Positions 12,861 through 24,671 of a stretch of DNA of 64,000 nt are shown in pieces. Position 1 is the first letter of the stretch; each line of letters begins with the position of its first letter. Origin of the DNA: Podarcis liolepis. Taxonomy: Eukaryota. A program made the position numbers and the translations under genes. The notes beneath the pieces were generated by a model, which saw nothing but the letters and a program-made list of their open reading frames with translations, was not told the DNA's origin and did no database searches. The stretch lies in NCBI GenBank assembly GCA_965112155.1, contig OZ218099.1; one strand, 5' to 3'.

Positions 12861-14496
12861 AGTAAGCAGGGTATAGTGAAATTGATGCCACCGCTGCAGC
12901 TAGGCCATATTGTGGCAAGCACATGCATGTCTTTGTGTAAATTCAGGAGAATTTTTACCTCAGCAACTTGTTCCAAATAATTCAAACATCCCTAAAAAGA
13001 GGACACCCAGCTAATAGAGCTCAAGAACCTGGATAACCTATTTGAAGTCTGCATAGTAAGATTTGTATTACCGTAAGTCCTTTCCCCCTATATGGCAGCT
13101 TGAGGTAAAATGGGGTGGGTCAGGAATGCTGCTGTACTGCAAAATGGATTTTTCAGGTTAATAATAATGCCCTGCTGATCAAATTACATGAAGCACTAAG
13201 GCAGAGGCAGGGAACCTCACCCCTCCCCAGGCCACACCCCTCACTGGCTCTGTATCACACCCTGGGCATTTTTGCCCGGCCAGAATATGTCCTTGAATTC
13301 TGACAAAGAGGCGTGCGTGTAACACAAGCTAGCTTACCATGCAAAGCTAAAATGTGTGGTCACTGTGCCACCCACTTCTGCCTCTGCCTCTGTCCCCCAT
13401 CAGCAGGTGGCCCTTGAAAGTTTCCCTTAGACTTAACAACATCTTCCATCTTTGTGCTAAGGGGTTCTCTTTTACTTTCCTAGTGAACCAGGGTTGGTCC
13501 TAAGGCAAAAAGCAAGATATGTTAAAACTTTCTTCAGCACTAACAATGGGGAATCATCCTCTCACACTTGAAGGCAGCAGACTGTTTTAGAAAGGGAGCA
13601 GGTGATGAAGCACACACGGCCCTGTCCTGCAACATCTTGACATTGTTTCCTGCCCCAAAGCGTCTGTGGAAGCCAACTCAGTCTGTCTAATGGTAGGGCT
13701 GGTTCTGCTTCTAGCCTCACCCTAGTACTTCATCGTCGTCATCAACTCATCCTCTTCATAAGGATTCCGCTTTTCTTAGCACCCTTTCACCCTCCCCCCT
13801 TTAAAATTCTTAGAGCAGGGAGAGGGAGCCCTTGGACATATGTGGCTGGACTTCAACTCCTATCAGCCCCATTGAGCATGGCTGGCAGTTATGGATGATG
13901 GAAGTTGTAGCCTAGTGATGTTTGAGAGGACCACTGTTTCCTCGTCACTAGTTTATCCCTGTATTGTTTCATATGCATCCCCATTCTGTAATATGGCATA
14001 TGAAAAGTCACAAATGGGAAGTGATTGTCCTTTGCATGAGGGAACACTGGCAATTCCTCCACTTCCACATTGTTTTATGGAACCTTTGTGAATTAGTCAT
14101 AGCTAATATGGGAAAGCATTTCTCCTATGCCTTTTAAAATATGCTCACATGTCTGGTTTCCGAAAGCCACCTCTGCAGCCATAAGGAGAGTTTGCTTTCA
14201 GTTCACATCTGAAATCCATTCCACTTTGCATCAAATCTATGACAAAGCTGTGCCATCTAGTGGAGTTTGCATGTAAGACCCACTGTTTCCTAGAACATAT
14301 TCCAGTAAGGTAGCCTTCTTAGCTTCTGGGAGGGGAAAAACCCCCAATATAATTGTTAGTCTTTAAAAGTGCCACAAAACTTTAAATTTTTTCTTCACAA
14401 AGACCTAGAGTGCCTTCTGTTCATGTGAGCAAAACTGTCAAGGCGAGGTCATCTGAGTAGACTCAAGGAGAGTTCAGCATGTCCTGAAATGGTCAT

Positions 14497-14628
14497 AACA
14501 AAATAAAAAAAATCCTTCCAGTAGCACCTTAGAGACCAACTAAGTTTGTTATTGGTATGAGCTTTCATGTGCATTTTTTTATTTTGTTTAGACTACGGCA
14601 GACCAACATGGCTACCTACTTGTAACTG
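14497..14628. mobile_element. Penelope-like element terminal fragment
   Basis: ccttccagtagcaccttagagaccaactaag is shared with the 44629 copy; flanked by ctgaa(a/g)tggtcat at 14484-14496 and 14626-14638. Confidence 0.7.
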
Positions 14629-15061
14629 AAGTGGTCATGTCATGATAACTAAAACTGCGTGTCCAGCCCAAAACTCAGACCCAAAGTAGTGAGCCAGACC
14701 GACACTTATCTAAGGACTCAAACTAAACTAAAAAGAGGTGGCGGGGGTGACTTCAGTGCAAACCACACTCTGCATTGATGCTTCTACTCAATATAAATTA
14801 TCCTCACCTTGCTAATTTGGTTATGTAAAGTTGTCAGCTCCCAGATGTTACTTCCACAAAAATACATACAATTGTGTGGGCATCTTCCATGCTGCCTTGG
14901 TCATCCTGTACCTTACTGCAAGGCCACCATACCATCTGCTACCGTCCAAATATAATCTCAGCATACAAGCAGGGTTATGTGGGAGAAGGTGGTCCTTCCT
15001 GTATCCAGGTCACAAGCAGGGGAAACCATTTCCTTGTCTTTTATTAATCCTTACATGTAGC

Positions 15062-15824
15062 CAGTGCTTTTTTTTCTGGGGAGATGCAGGGGTACGCGTA
15101 CCCCTAAACATTTTGTGAATCTAACGGGAGAAGAAACTAAAAAAAATAGTTTCTTCTCTAGCACGGTGAATCGTCAGTTCCATTGCTACCCCTGATGTGG
15201 CCTCATTTCCTGTCACAGTGTTTCCTGAGTCTCAGATGAAAGTGAGCGTTTAATGTGTTAAGCAGGAGTTGGAATCTAGCACGCTGATTGGTCAGTTTTG
15301 TTGTTACCACCTCTGATGGCGGCTTCCTTTCCTTTCCTGGTGTTTCCCGAGTCTCTGATGGAAGCGAGCTTTTAGTGTGTGAAGCAGTGTGGAATGTTGA
15401 TGTGTGGTGTTTTACTGATTAAATTTTGGCCTCATTGTGGAAGTTACTGTGAGCTGTCAGCTGTGTAATATGAGGTAATGCATGTTTTTAGTACTTTTGT
15501 CCATTTACTGTATTTATTTTTCCCAATTTGAACTATAAAATGGTGATTTTCTTGAGTCAAAATGAGAGTACAGTGGTACCTCGGGTTAAGAACTTAATTC
15601 TTTCTGGAGGTCTGTTCTTAACCTGAAACTGTTCTTAATCTGAGGTACCACTTTAGCTAATGGGGCCTCCTGCTGCCGCCATCACACAATTTCTGTTCTT
15701 ATCCTGAAGCAAAGTTCTTAACCCGAGGTACTATTTCTGGGTTAGCGGAGTCTATAACCTGAAGTGTCTGTAACCCAAGGTACCACTGTATCCCTAAACA
15801 TTTTTTATTTTTTAAAAAACACTG
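15062..15824. mobile_element. Non-autonomous hAT-like DNA transposon
   Basis: TIRs CAGTGCTTTTT / AAAAAACACTG; perfect 8-bp TSD catgtagc at 15054-15061 and 15825-15832. Confidence 0.85.
15571..15788. mobile_element. Tigger/pogo-like MITE nested in a hAT element
   Basis: TIRs CAGTGGTACCTCGGGTTA / TAACCCAAGGTACCACTG; TA TSD at 15569-15570 and 15789-15790. Confidence 0.9.
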
Positions 15825-17589
15825 CATGTAGCCCATGAGTTAGGTCACCATTGCTTCCATTTTACAGATAAGCAAATCCAGGAGTTGGATGCAGCAAGGG
15901 AGGTTGGCTCAAGGAAACATGCCATTGCATAGAGATTTTCTATGGACACAGATAGACAATGTTCATTCAGGTCCCATGGAATTGTCGGGATGTAGCTGTC
16001 AATGCGAATGAGTATACTTGCTGTATGTGGCTGGAGCCAGTGATACGGCAAAGGCCACAAATGTCTCATAAGGATGAACAGAGACTGGAACACAGGCTGC
16101 CAATGTGAAAAACAGCAATGCCCAGCTGTCAACCCAACAAACTGCACACTGCATATGTTAGGCAGACACTATTTTGGCTAACAATGTAGTTGCATGATCA
16201 GCCATGCCAGTCAAGAAAAGTACTGATGCTTCAAATATTACATGTGCTAAGATAGTTTAATATTTGCAGGTGGTAGCTATCCCCTGCTCTTCTTTTGCTC
16301 AGATGGCATTGCAATAGCCTTTGGTATCATATGCACTTAACCCTGACAGATGGAAGCTTTCAAAATAGACACAAATCCTCATGGGAGTATTCCATAATGA
16401 TTGCATTGCTAAGCCTGAGGAAGGCAGGCCAAGTCTGCAGCAGACTAGGTCAGGCCCAGCACCACCACACAGCATGTTTGGGGCAAATACTGGGGACCAC
16501 AGCAGAGTATTACTTGTGAGTGGGTCCATGCTGGTGGTTATACCTGTAGGAGGATATTGCTGCAGAGTATTTCATTGCATTTTGTGTGGTTTTCAGCTTG
16601 TGCGTTTGGAGAAGTAAGTTTCCATTGTTGCGATGTAACCAAGGAAGTCATAGTGGGAGTGGGACGACATCTGTCAATCTGTTTTGAGGGATTCTCTCAA
16701 GCCTCCTAAGCAGATTGAGGGAAGGTGTGGAGAGAGAAGTAGGAAGGGGAAATGGCTAGGCTCAAACGGAGGTGGTAGCTACTCATAAAAAATCATTCAC
16801 TGTAAAAACAAAGAAACCTACCATCTGCAATCAGAGCGGTGTGTTTGTTTTTGGTGGCAGGAGAGAAATAGGAATAAACACATTGGCACCATTCTTGAAG
16901 AAAGTAGCTAAATCAACAAATCATCAAGCCAGGTTGACACCTGGGAATATGATTCATGTTCTCAAAAGATCACTGATACTCCCACCACCTACACATCTTT
17001 AGTATCAGGCAAACTATGGCACAGAAAAAATGAGCAGCAGGTAGTGCTGCTGAGGCTTTCTAAGAGGAAATGAATTATATATGCACTAATGTGCTGCAAT
17101 GAGAATAATGCTCCTTGTCACTTTAAAAAGTGGCCCATTTGTAATACCAGCTGGGGAACAGTGAGTGAATAATAAGCAGACAACCCACTTCACTGTCTTC
17201 CTTGGATCAGAAAGCAAAAAGAATAATCTTTTCCTTCCTGCTTACCCGCACAGGTGGGAAAAGCAGTGCAACATGGTCAGCCTTATTAAAATAATGGCTA
17301 CGCACATGTCCATTTCATTTTCTACCCATTTGTTTTTCTACATGATACCAAATGTAAGCTTTTAGTAAGATTGAACTGGCTGAGAATATTAAATAGGGCA
17401 AATATAGCAGCAGCAGCAACTGGGCTTTGTTCTCCACACAGGACAAGTATTTGAGGTTTTGGTTTTCAACCATCATAATTTCTAGGATATCTGACACTAA
17501 ATTTATGGACAGTGATGTAGCATCAAATACAAAGGCCCATTAACCCTCATTGATCATTAAATGGTAAAAAGTACATCCTACTAACTTGT

Positions 17590-18275
17590 TGGCATCCTGT
17601 ACCTAGCTATAGTTCTGGATGCCACACTTTAAGAACTATATAAACTAACTGGAACAGGTTCCAAAGAGGGCAGTAAAGGTGATCAGCAGTATGGAAAACA
17701 AGTCCTATGATGAAAAGTTGAAGGAAATGGGCATGTTCAGCCAGGAGGAAAGAAAGGTGAGATGGGACTTTCCAAATAGGAGAAGGTCTGTCACATAGAA
17801 GAGGCAAGGACTTGCTTTCAACTTCCCCAGAAGACAGGCCTAGATATACCGTAATGCTCTTAAATTAAAGGTAAAGGGTAAAGGGACCCCTGACCATTAG
17901 GTCCAGTCATGGCTGACTCTGGGGTTGCGGTGCTCATCTCGCTTTATTGGCCAGGGAGCCAGCGTACAGCTTCCGGGTCATGTGGCCAGCATGACTAAGC
18001 TGCTTCTGGCGAACCAGAGCAGTGCATGGAAACACCGTTTGCCTTCCCACTGAAGTGGTACCTATTTATCTACTTGCACTTTGACGTGCTTTCGAACTGC
18101 TAGGTTGGCAGGAGCAGGGACCGAGCAAAGGGAGCTCACCCTGTCACGGGGATTTGAACTGCCGAGCTTCTGATCGGCAGGTTCTAGGCTCTATGGTTTA
18201 GCCCACAGCACCACCCGCGTCCCGGTCTTAAATTACGGGAGGATAAATTTCTGTTGAACTTTAGTAGAATGTTGA
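17590..18275 (+). mobile_element. CR1 LINE 3' ORF2 fragment, split by the Sauria SINE
   Basis: Degenerate translation FWMPHFK...LEQVPKRAVKVISSMENKSYDEKLKEMGMFS resembles the CR1 ORF2 C-terminus; sequence resumes after the SINE. Confidence 0.8.
17868..18223 (-). mobile_element. Sauria SINE with 12-bp TSD, inserted in a CR1 fragment
   Basis: Reverse complement of the 4604 copy; TSD g(c/g)tcttaaatta at 17856-17867 and 18224-18235. Confidence 0.92.
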
Positions 18276-18280
18276 TTCTT

Positions 18281-18453
18281 AGCAAAGTGTGGTGGTTAGT
18301 GTGTTTGACTTGGATCTGGAGAGACCAGGGTTCAAATGCCAACTCAGCCATGAAACTCACTGGATGACTGTGCACCAGGCACTGTTTCTCAGCTGAATCT
18401 GCCTCATCAGGTGGTTGTGAGGAGAAGATGCGGAGCGAGAAAAATCTGTATCC
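18281..18453 (+). mobile_element. Old tRNA-derived squamate SINE fragment (Squam3/CORE-like)
   Basis: gtggttagtgtg...ccagggttcaaat..ctcagccatgaaactcactgg...ggttgtgagga pattern with A/B-box-like sequences. Confidence 0.65.
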
Positions 18454-19727
18454 TGTGAAATGATCTAAAATAATATAAATGGAGGCAATATGGCGCGGGC
18501 CATGGCACAGCAGAACTCCTGAAGGCAGCCAGCATTAACTGCGCTGCCTGGCAGGCTCCCGGGCCACCAGGATTGCTGCCGCTAACGCAGTCACTGGGTT
18601 GAACTGGGGGTGCCCAGCGGGTCAACCGGGGGAGCCGCCAAACACTCCCTCAGCGATCCTCATTGAGCCAGGGCTGAGAACACCCGCCCATGAGCCGGTA
18701 GAGCTCTGGGGCCTGGAGGCCTAAGGAGCCAGCAGAAAAAGGAGAAAAAAGGAGAAAGGAGCCCCAGCCTCCCCAGCTTACTGTCATCGCTGCTGCTGCT
18801 GCTGACGACACAAAGGGAGAACAGAGGTAGGAGAGCACCGGGAGGGCCAGTGAGGCCACGAAAAACCACGCAGTCAAGCCCAGGCCCGACCTAAGCCTAC
18901 CTCCACAGTGGCTAATGTGCCTAGAACAGGCTGGGACCCAGAGGGAAACAGAACAACAGAGGACTCCCCGCAAGAAAAGAGAACACAGCTTAACACCATC
19001 CAAAAAACCCTGTTTTTATTTTTTAGGTTCCCCACCCCCAGAATTTTTCATTTTTTCCAATTTAAAAAACAAAACAAAAACAAAACACGTCCCCCCCCAT
19101 TTTTAAATATTTTCCTTTTTAAGGGGGGGCACTGCTGTTGCAGCCACTTTTTACTCATATTATTACTTTTTAAATCCCAATTCCCTCCCCCCCTTTCTTA
19201 AAAAAAATAAATTAATAAATAAATCTCTTTTTCCCCCTTCTCCTTAATATAAAGGTAAGTTCTTTATTTTAAAAAAACCCCAGTAAAAGAGCATGGAATA
19301 TACCCACGTCAAATGTTTATCAAAGCATTAAGAGAGTCTGTGCAGTGACACCATCCTGTCATTAACTCCCAGAACTGCAAAGGCAATTTTCTATGAAGCT
19401 TGCACCTGTAGCACCCGGAGTGGAGCTTTTTGAGTTCTACATATTTTTGGCATGATTGCAGAATTATTTTAGCCAATGGCCCAAGTTCAAATTAGCATCG
19501 AAATCAGAAAACCATTCAGTCCTGCTGTTTACTCTAATAAATGTCCAGAGATTAGCTGCACATTATCGTTTGTAAAAAATAATAATAATAGTAATAAAAG
19601 GAATCAGGCACAGCATTTTTGAGTTTTACATCATTTATGGAAGAATCACTTTAATTACTCCATGGGGCTGCTACACTGGTTATTAGACTTGCTAATAAGC
19701 AGCAGGCTACGTGCTCCCACCAGGGGA

Positions 19728-19757
19728 CTGTCAATCAAAGCCGTCGCAGGTATATAG
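19728..19757 (+). promoter_or_regulatory. Candidate GPR151 core promoter: TATA-like box with adjacent PBX-MEIS and TCF/LEF motifs
   Basis: TATATAG at 19751-19757 about 200 nt before the ATG; CTGTCAATCA 19728-19737; ATCAAAG 19734-19740. Confidence 0.5.
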
Positions 19758-19958
19758 CAATGAGAGGGTCTGGCTAGAACCACATGTACTGTATCAAGGC
19801 TTTTCGCAGAGGTTTTGTATTACTTACAGAATGGTAGATTTTCCTCACCCACAGAGGGCTTAAAGGAGACAGAACGGCGCAAGGAGGATTTACCTCCCAT
19901 TGGCGTGCATCATCAACAATAACAGAGGCTTTGGTGGACAGAATCTGCCTTCAGCACC

Positions 19959-21194
19959 ATGAACAGTTCCCTGGCTTTACCAATCCATTATGCAGGAGGC
20001 TATGAGCCCCAGGATTCCAAGGAGTGGAAGGTGGTGATCCCAGCCTTCTTAGGGGTGATCTGCCTGGCTGGCTTTGCAGGGAATGTGTGTGTCATTGGGA
20101 TCCTACTGTACAACTCCAAGAAAGGGAAGCCGTCCATGATCCACTCCTTGATCCTCAACCTCAGCCTGGCAGACCTGCTCCTCGTCCTCTTTGTTGTGCC
20201 CTTCAGGGCAGCGGCTTACTCCAGAGGAGCCTGGTACCTGGGGTGGTTTCTTTGCAAAACCTCCGACTGGTTCCGACACGCCTGCATGACAGCCAAGAGC
20301 TTGACCATCGCTGTGGTTGCCAAGACTTGCTTCATGTATGCAAATAACCCGGCTAAGCAGGTGAGCATCAAATGGCACACCATCTGCGTTGTGCTGCTGG
20401 CGATTTGGCTGCTGGCCTTGGGAATCCCGCTGCCTTTGTGGTTCTTCAGCAGCCTCTGGGAGCCAGAGGTAGGCTCTGCTTTGTGCATCGTGATCATTCC
20501 AGCCCATGCTCACGAGTTTATGTCAGCCTTTGTCAAGCTTTATCCCCTGCTGGTCTTTTGCACCCCCCTCACTTTTGCTTTCTTTTATTTCTGGAGAGCT
20601 TATGGCAGATGCCAGCGGAGGGGGACCAAGACTCAGAACCTGAGGAACCAGATCAGATCCAGGTGCCTGACTATGATGCTTCTGAGTGTTACTGTCACCT
20701 CTGCCGTGATGTGGCTTCCTGACTGGATATCTTGGCTGTGGGTCTGGCACCTGAAGAAGGGTGGGCCTGCTCCCCCACAAGGATTCATGGCCACTACCCA
20801 GGTCCTGATGTTTGCCATCTCTTCGGCCAACCCTCTCATCTTTGTACTGATGTCAGAAGAGTTCAGGGAGGGTTTCAAAGGCTTGTGGAAAAGGCTTACG
20901 CTGAAGAAACCGCTGCCTGCCCCAGAAGATCAGGAGGAAACAGTGGTTGACAACACGGAGGAAGCCCCAGATTCTGTTCCTTCTCCAGAGGTAGTGACTC
21001 CTGATGAAGAAAAAGAGCCCCCCTCCGTCCCTCAAACCTCAGAAAGCATGGAAATCAAGAAGGAGATGCCCATTTTGCCAGATGTTGAACAATTCTGGCA
21101 CGACAGGGAAGCAGTCCCTGATGCTCAAGACAATGACCCTATTCCTTGGGAACATGAAGGGCAAGAGACAGTAGGTTGTGATCAACAGAACTGA
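19959..21194 (+). CDS. GPR151: G protein-coupled receptor 151 (orphan class A GPCR, galanin-receptor-like), intronless CDS, 411 aa
   Basis: Seven hydrophobic segments with TM1 GN, TM2 LSLADL, TM6 MWLP and TM7 NPLIF. GPR151-type motifs: HYAGGY, KKGKPSMIHSLILNL, AKTCFMYA (no DRY), RGTKTQNLRNQIRS, acidic tail ILPDVEQFWH...QDNDPIPWEHE. Context gcaccATG with an in-frame TAA upstream at 19920. Tail-to-tail position with TCERG1 matches known synteny. Confidence 0.97.
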   Translation: MNSSLALPIHYAGGYEPQDSKEWKVVIPAFLGVICLAGFAGNVCVIGILLYNSKKGKPSMIHSLILNLSLADLLLVLFVVPFRAAAYSRGAWYLGWFLCKTSDWFRHACMTAKSLTIAVVAKTCFMYANNPAKQVSIKWHTICVVLLAIWLLALGIPLPLWFFSSLWEPEVGSALCIVIIPAHAHEFMSAFVKLYPLLVFCTPLTFAFFYFWRAYGRCQRRGTKTQNLRNQIRSRCLTMMLLSVTVTSAVMWLPDWISWLWVWHLKKGGPAPPQGFMATTQVLMFAISSANPLIFVLMSEEFREGFKGLWKRLTLKKPLPAPEDQEETVVDNTEEAPDSVPSPEVVTPDEEKEPPSVPQTSESMEIKKEMPILPDVEQFWHDREAVPDAQDNDPIPWEHEGQETVGCDQQN

Positions 21195-23046
21195 AGTTAG
21201 AAAGCTGATATATATATAATCATAATTTTGTTGCTTACTTGGAGTAATGCTGAACTGGGTATACTGCTTTAGTTTTACACCTTTGCATGTGTGCTTGGGA
21301 CTTATCGACATCTTCAGAATTAATGTAATGAACAAATGCAACTGTCAGTTAATCATTCCAGTTATTCTGCTCTGAGATTTTTATTTCTCATTTTACTTAA
21401 AATGCATGTCTTGTATTTTCAGATGGTGATTTAAGTTAAAATTTCAGGAAGGAAAAAATAGTAATTTGGTTACATTTGCAAAGTAGTTTTGCATCAAGAA
21501 GTGAGCTGAAATTGCATGAGATGACTATAAAACAGAAGGGCTTTGTGCTTATTTATAATACATACTCTGTATATAGGTTTTGTAGGCACGCTTTGGGGTG
21601 AACAATTATGGCTTTGAACAGGTTTTTGACCAATTCAAAAAGAAGGGCAGAGCAAAAGGTGTAATTTGGTTTTAACTAATGAAGCAGTATGCATGACAGG
21701 TTCTCTCATTATTACACTTAATAGGTATTAAACATGCTCAAAGAAAATGTGGCTCATGTTTTTCTGCTAACCGATCAGCCTTCTTAATGGGCTTGCCACT
21801 TCACACGAATAACAGAAATTAGCTTTATAGTCTAAGTATAGTGTTCCAAACCAGGTGTGTAGAAATCTTCCATTCCACTGTATAGTCATTTAGCAATTAA
21901 TATAACATTTGTATTTGGCAGCAAGGCAAGTTTTGAACAAGAGCCACTTACATCAAATGCACCAGGACCTTATTATGCAACCGGTATATATATTTTTCCA
22001 AAGCTTACATCATTTATATATTACTTTATCTCTCAATTGTAGATACAGTTGCATGTTTCATCTTCATATGAGGACTCACTCACTCTCATTTAAAATACTG
22101 TTTTTGAAAAGAGCAAGTGAGTTACTGATTGAGTTCTATCATCAGGTGTGGCTCATATCCACAGTTCTGGAAATACAACTTTTGTATATGCAGGACAGGA
22201 TTAGTCTTATTTCAGTGCAAGGCAACATGCATTATCCATCACATAGCAATACTGTTCACAACTGATGAAGCACATTTGTATATGAAAGGAAAAACTGACC
22301 TTATAGGTTTTCTGAGTGCTTAAAGGTGGAACTGTACATACATACATAAAAAGTTCAGGGGATTAAAGTTACAGTTCAGATCTTGCAGCTATTCGATTCC
22401 GATGTATTGATGACATTTTAATTGGTACACATCCCTCTGAAACGAACAGGGACACAACAACTGTTCCTGGAAACATTTTAAATGCATAGAACTGTTAACA
22501 GGGCTGGCCAAAGACATTTCTGTTGCCTCTAGTGGCTACTACACTGTGAGATTCAATGTGTTTGCCTTAGGCTGCATTAATAGAACTGAGGACATTGGGG
22601 AGTAACAATGTATATTGTGGATGAAATCCAGTGCTGCCTTTTCTGCTAGCAGAACAGATGTTGATCCAGGGGAGAGGGTCTTTTACCATACAATGAAAAA
22701 GAATTTTCACTGCTTCCCCTTTCCTCCTGTGGCCTCCTGCAAGTCTGTTCAGGAAGTTGGCAGATCCTCCAGAAAAGTGTTAGGTGGCAAAGCAGGCTGA
22801 GTGGGAAGTGGCAGAAATCACCTCCCCCTTTTACATTAGCAGATTATTCCACTGGATCAAAACCTGGAACAGCAACACTGCATTTTGCCAAATAAGAGTT
22901 GTACTTCTGTGACATTGCAAAATATCCTGAGATGCAGCTCTTGGATCACGTGCTACTGTATTTTTGCTTGTAATAATTTTTGCTTGTAAAAAAATTGCCA
23001 ACCCGAAGAACTACTTAGATTATGTGTGGTTAAACATGCCAGTTTC

Positions 23047-23052
23047 AATAAA
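23047..23052 (+). terminator. Candidate GPR151 polyadenylation signal AATAAA
   Basis: First AATAAA I found on + after the GPR151 stop; GT/T-rich tract (tgttttttcacttggttgtgt) about 30 nt downstream. Confidence 0.45.
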
Positions 23053-24665
23053 CTTCCAAGTCGTTTGGGTATCCGTAAGTGCATGTTTTTTCACTTGGTT
23101 GTGTACAGAGCATTGTATCTTTCAACACTACACTTAGTTTGATTGCAACTGTACTGGCTACTATTTGTGCAATAAGACGTGGGTGTGCAGATTGCTCCTG
23201 CTGCACCAGGCTCACCTTATTGAGGTAGTAACTATATTTGATGCAACTACAAAAGCAAGCTGTGTTTTTTTGTTTTTCCCCTCCTCAGCAGGCAAGTTTA
23301 TAAAGACAAGTCTTTACCAAAGGCATGGTTTATATTGCGTACCTTACCAGCACCATAGAAATAGACACAAAATTAAAATGTACTACAATACTGAAAAGGA
23401 ATACTAGTATAATACTTTGCATCTGTAGGATGTCTCTGGAATTATACAGGAGAAATATTCCACCAGTCATAGGTTGATCCGAGTTCTTTCATTGAAATGG
23501 TCTGCAAGCAATGGGGGCGAAGGGTGTTTGTAAATGCATATACAACCTATGACAACACCATAATTTTCCATTCATGGCGAGTATCATAAATGATCCGGCA
23601 ACTCTAAAGAGAAAACAGCCCTGCAGAACTCGCTTTACTTTCATTAGTGAGGAAATGTGCACATACTTATTACATTTTTAAAAGAAGCATTTGCGGCTAA
23701 AGTGCTCTGTGGTACTTAGAAATAAAAGCTATACTTTATTTTTACCTTGAAATTCAACAAAATATAGATGCTGTTAGTATTTTATGCAGCACTAAGGCTA
23801 TTTACTCCCACACCCCTCCCCCAAAAGCACTGGAATTGGACAGTCAAATCTAGTTGGACAGTAATCATTCCCTCAGATTTCAAGCTAGACCTGTCAATCA
23901 CAAGAGCTTTCCCATTTCTCTTGGTGCTTTACCTTTTTCTCAAACCACCCTGCCATTTTTGTTATAAGGTAAGCTTTAGAGACATGTTCTCTACAGCATT
24001 TGTTGGGCGTTCAAATCACCAAACTTTGGGGGTGGGATTATTGTCTTGAGGCATCTCATACATACTGCTTCACCTTGGACAAGCCCAGAATCCCTCTAAA
24101 GCAATTTATATTAGCTTGGGAATCCTCTGAATCCACTACAAACTCTTAGCAAGCACTATCCTTTGATATAATCCCTCAAAAAGTAAAAAATGACACCCCC
24201 CCCCCAATTATGATGCCCATGCTCTGGCATTTTGACTACTTTAAATGTGTAGGTGATTTTTTAAAAAAATCCCATGCCTATTTGTATGATTTCCATATTG
24301 CCTGACTCATCAAATAAAGCACTTAGGATGTGATCCTATGATTGCTGTGGAACTCCAGGAATGTTAGCCCTCATAAGTCTTCCCACTGTGGGTGTTGCAA
24401 CATCTGCCATCAAATTATGCCAGCCTTGGAAGTAATATACTTACTTTCCTTCCCACTGCGCAAAAAAACCTAGAAATGAAAGAAGAAAAAAACACCTACC
24501 TATCTGAAAAGGGGAGGAGGGAATAGAAAAATGTGCCACCATCTTATACCCTGCTAGGGGTATGGATATGGTATTTCCTTTGTTTCAGATTCTCCCTCCT
24601 CCACTCTACCCAAATGTAATGAGCCATTTACTAAGCATGTACAATCCATATATAAAAAGGGTTGG

Positions 24666-24671
24666 TTTATT
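24666..24671 (-). terminator. Probable TCERG1 polyadenylation signal AATAAA
   Basis: AATAAA on the - strand about 940 nt after the stop, followed by T/GT-rich sequence; a second candidate lies at 25003-25008. Confidence 0.6.

Noticed and set aside
1-17500. PPP2R2B terminal exons expected from mammalian synteny
   Set aside because: No matching peptide seen in the ORF track or by eye; the gene probably ends left of the window
20024-21035. Alternative-frame and antisense ORFs inside GPR151
   Set aside because: Shadow ORFs of a GC-rich coding exon with no recognisable domains
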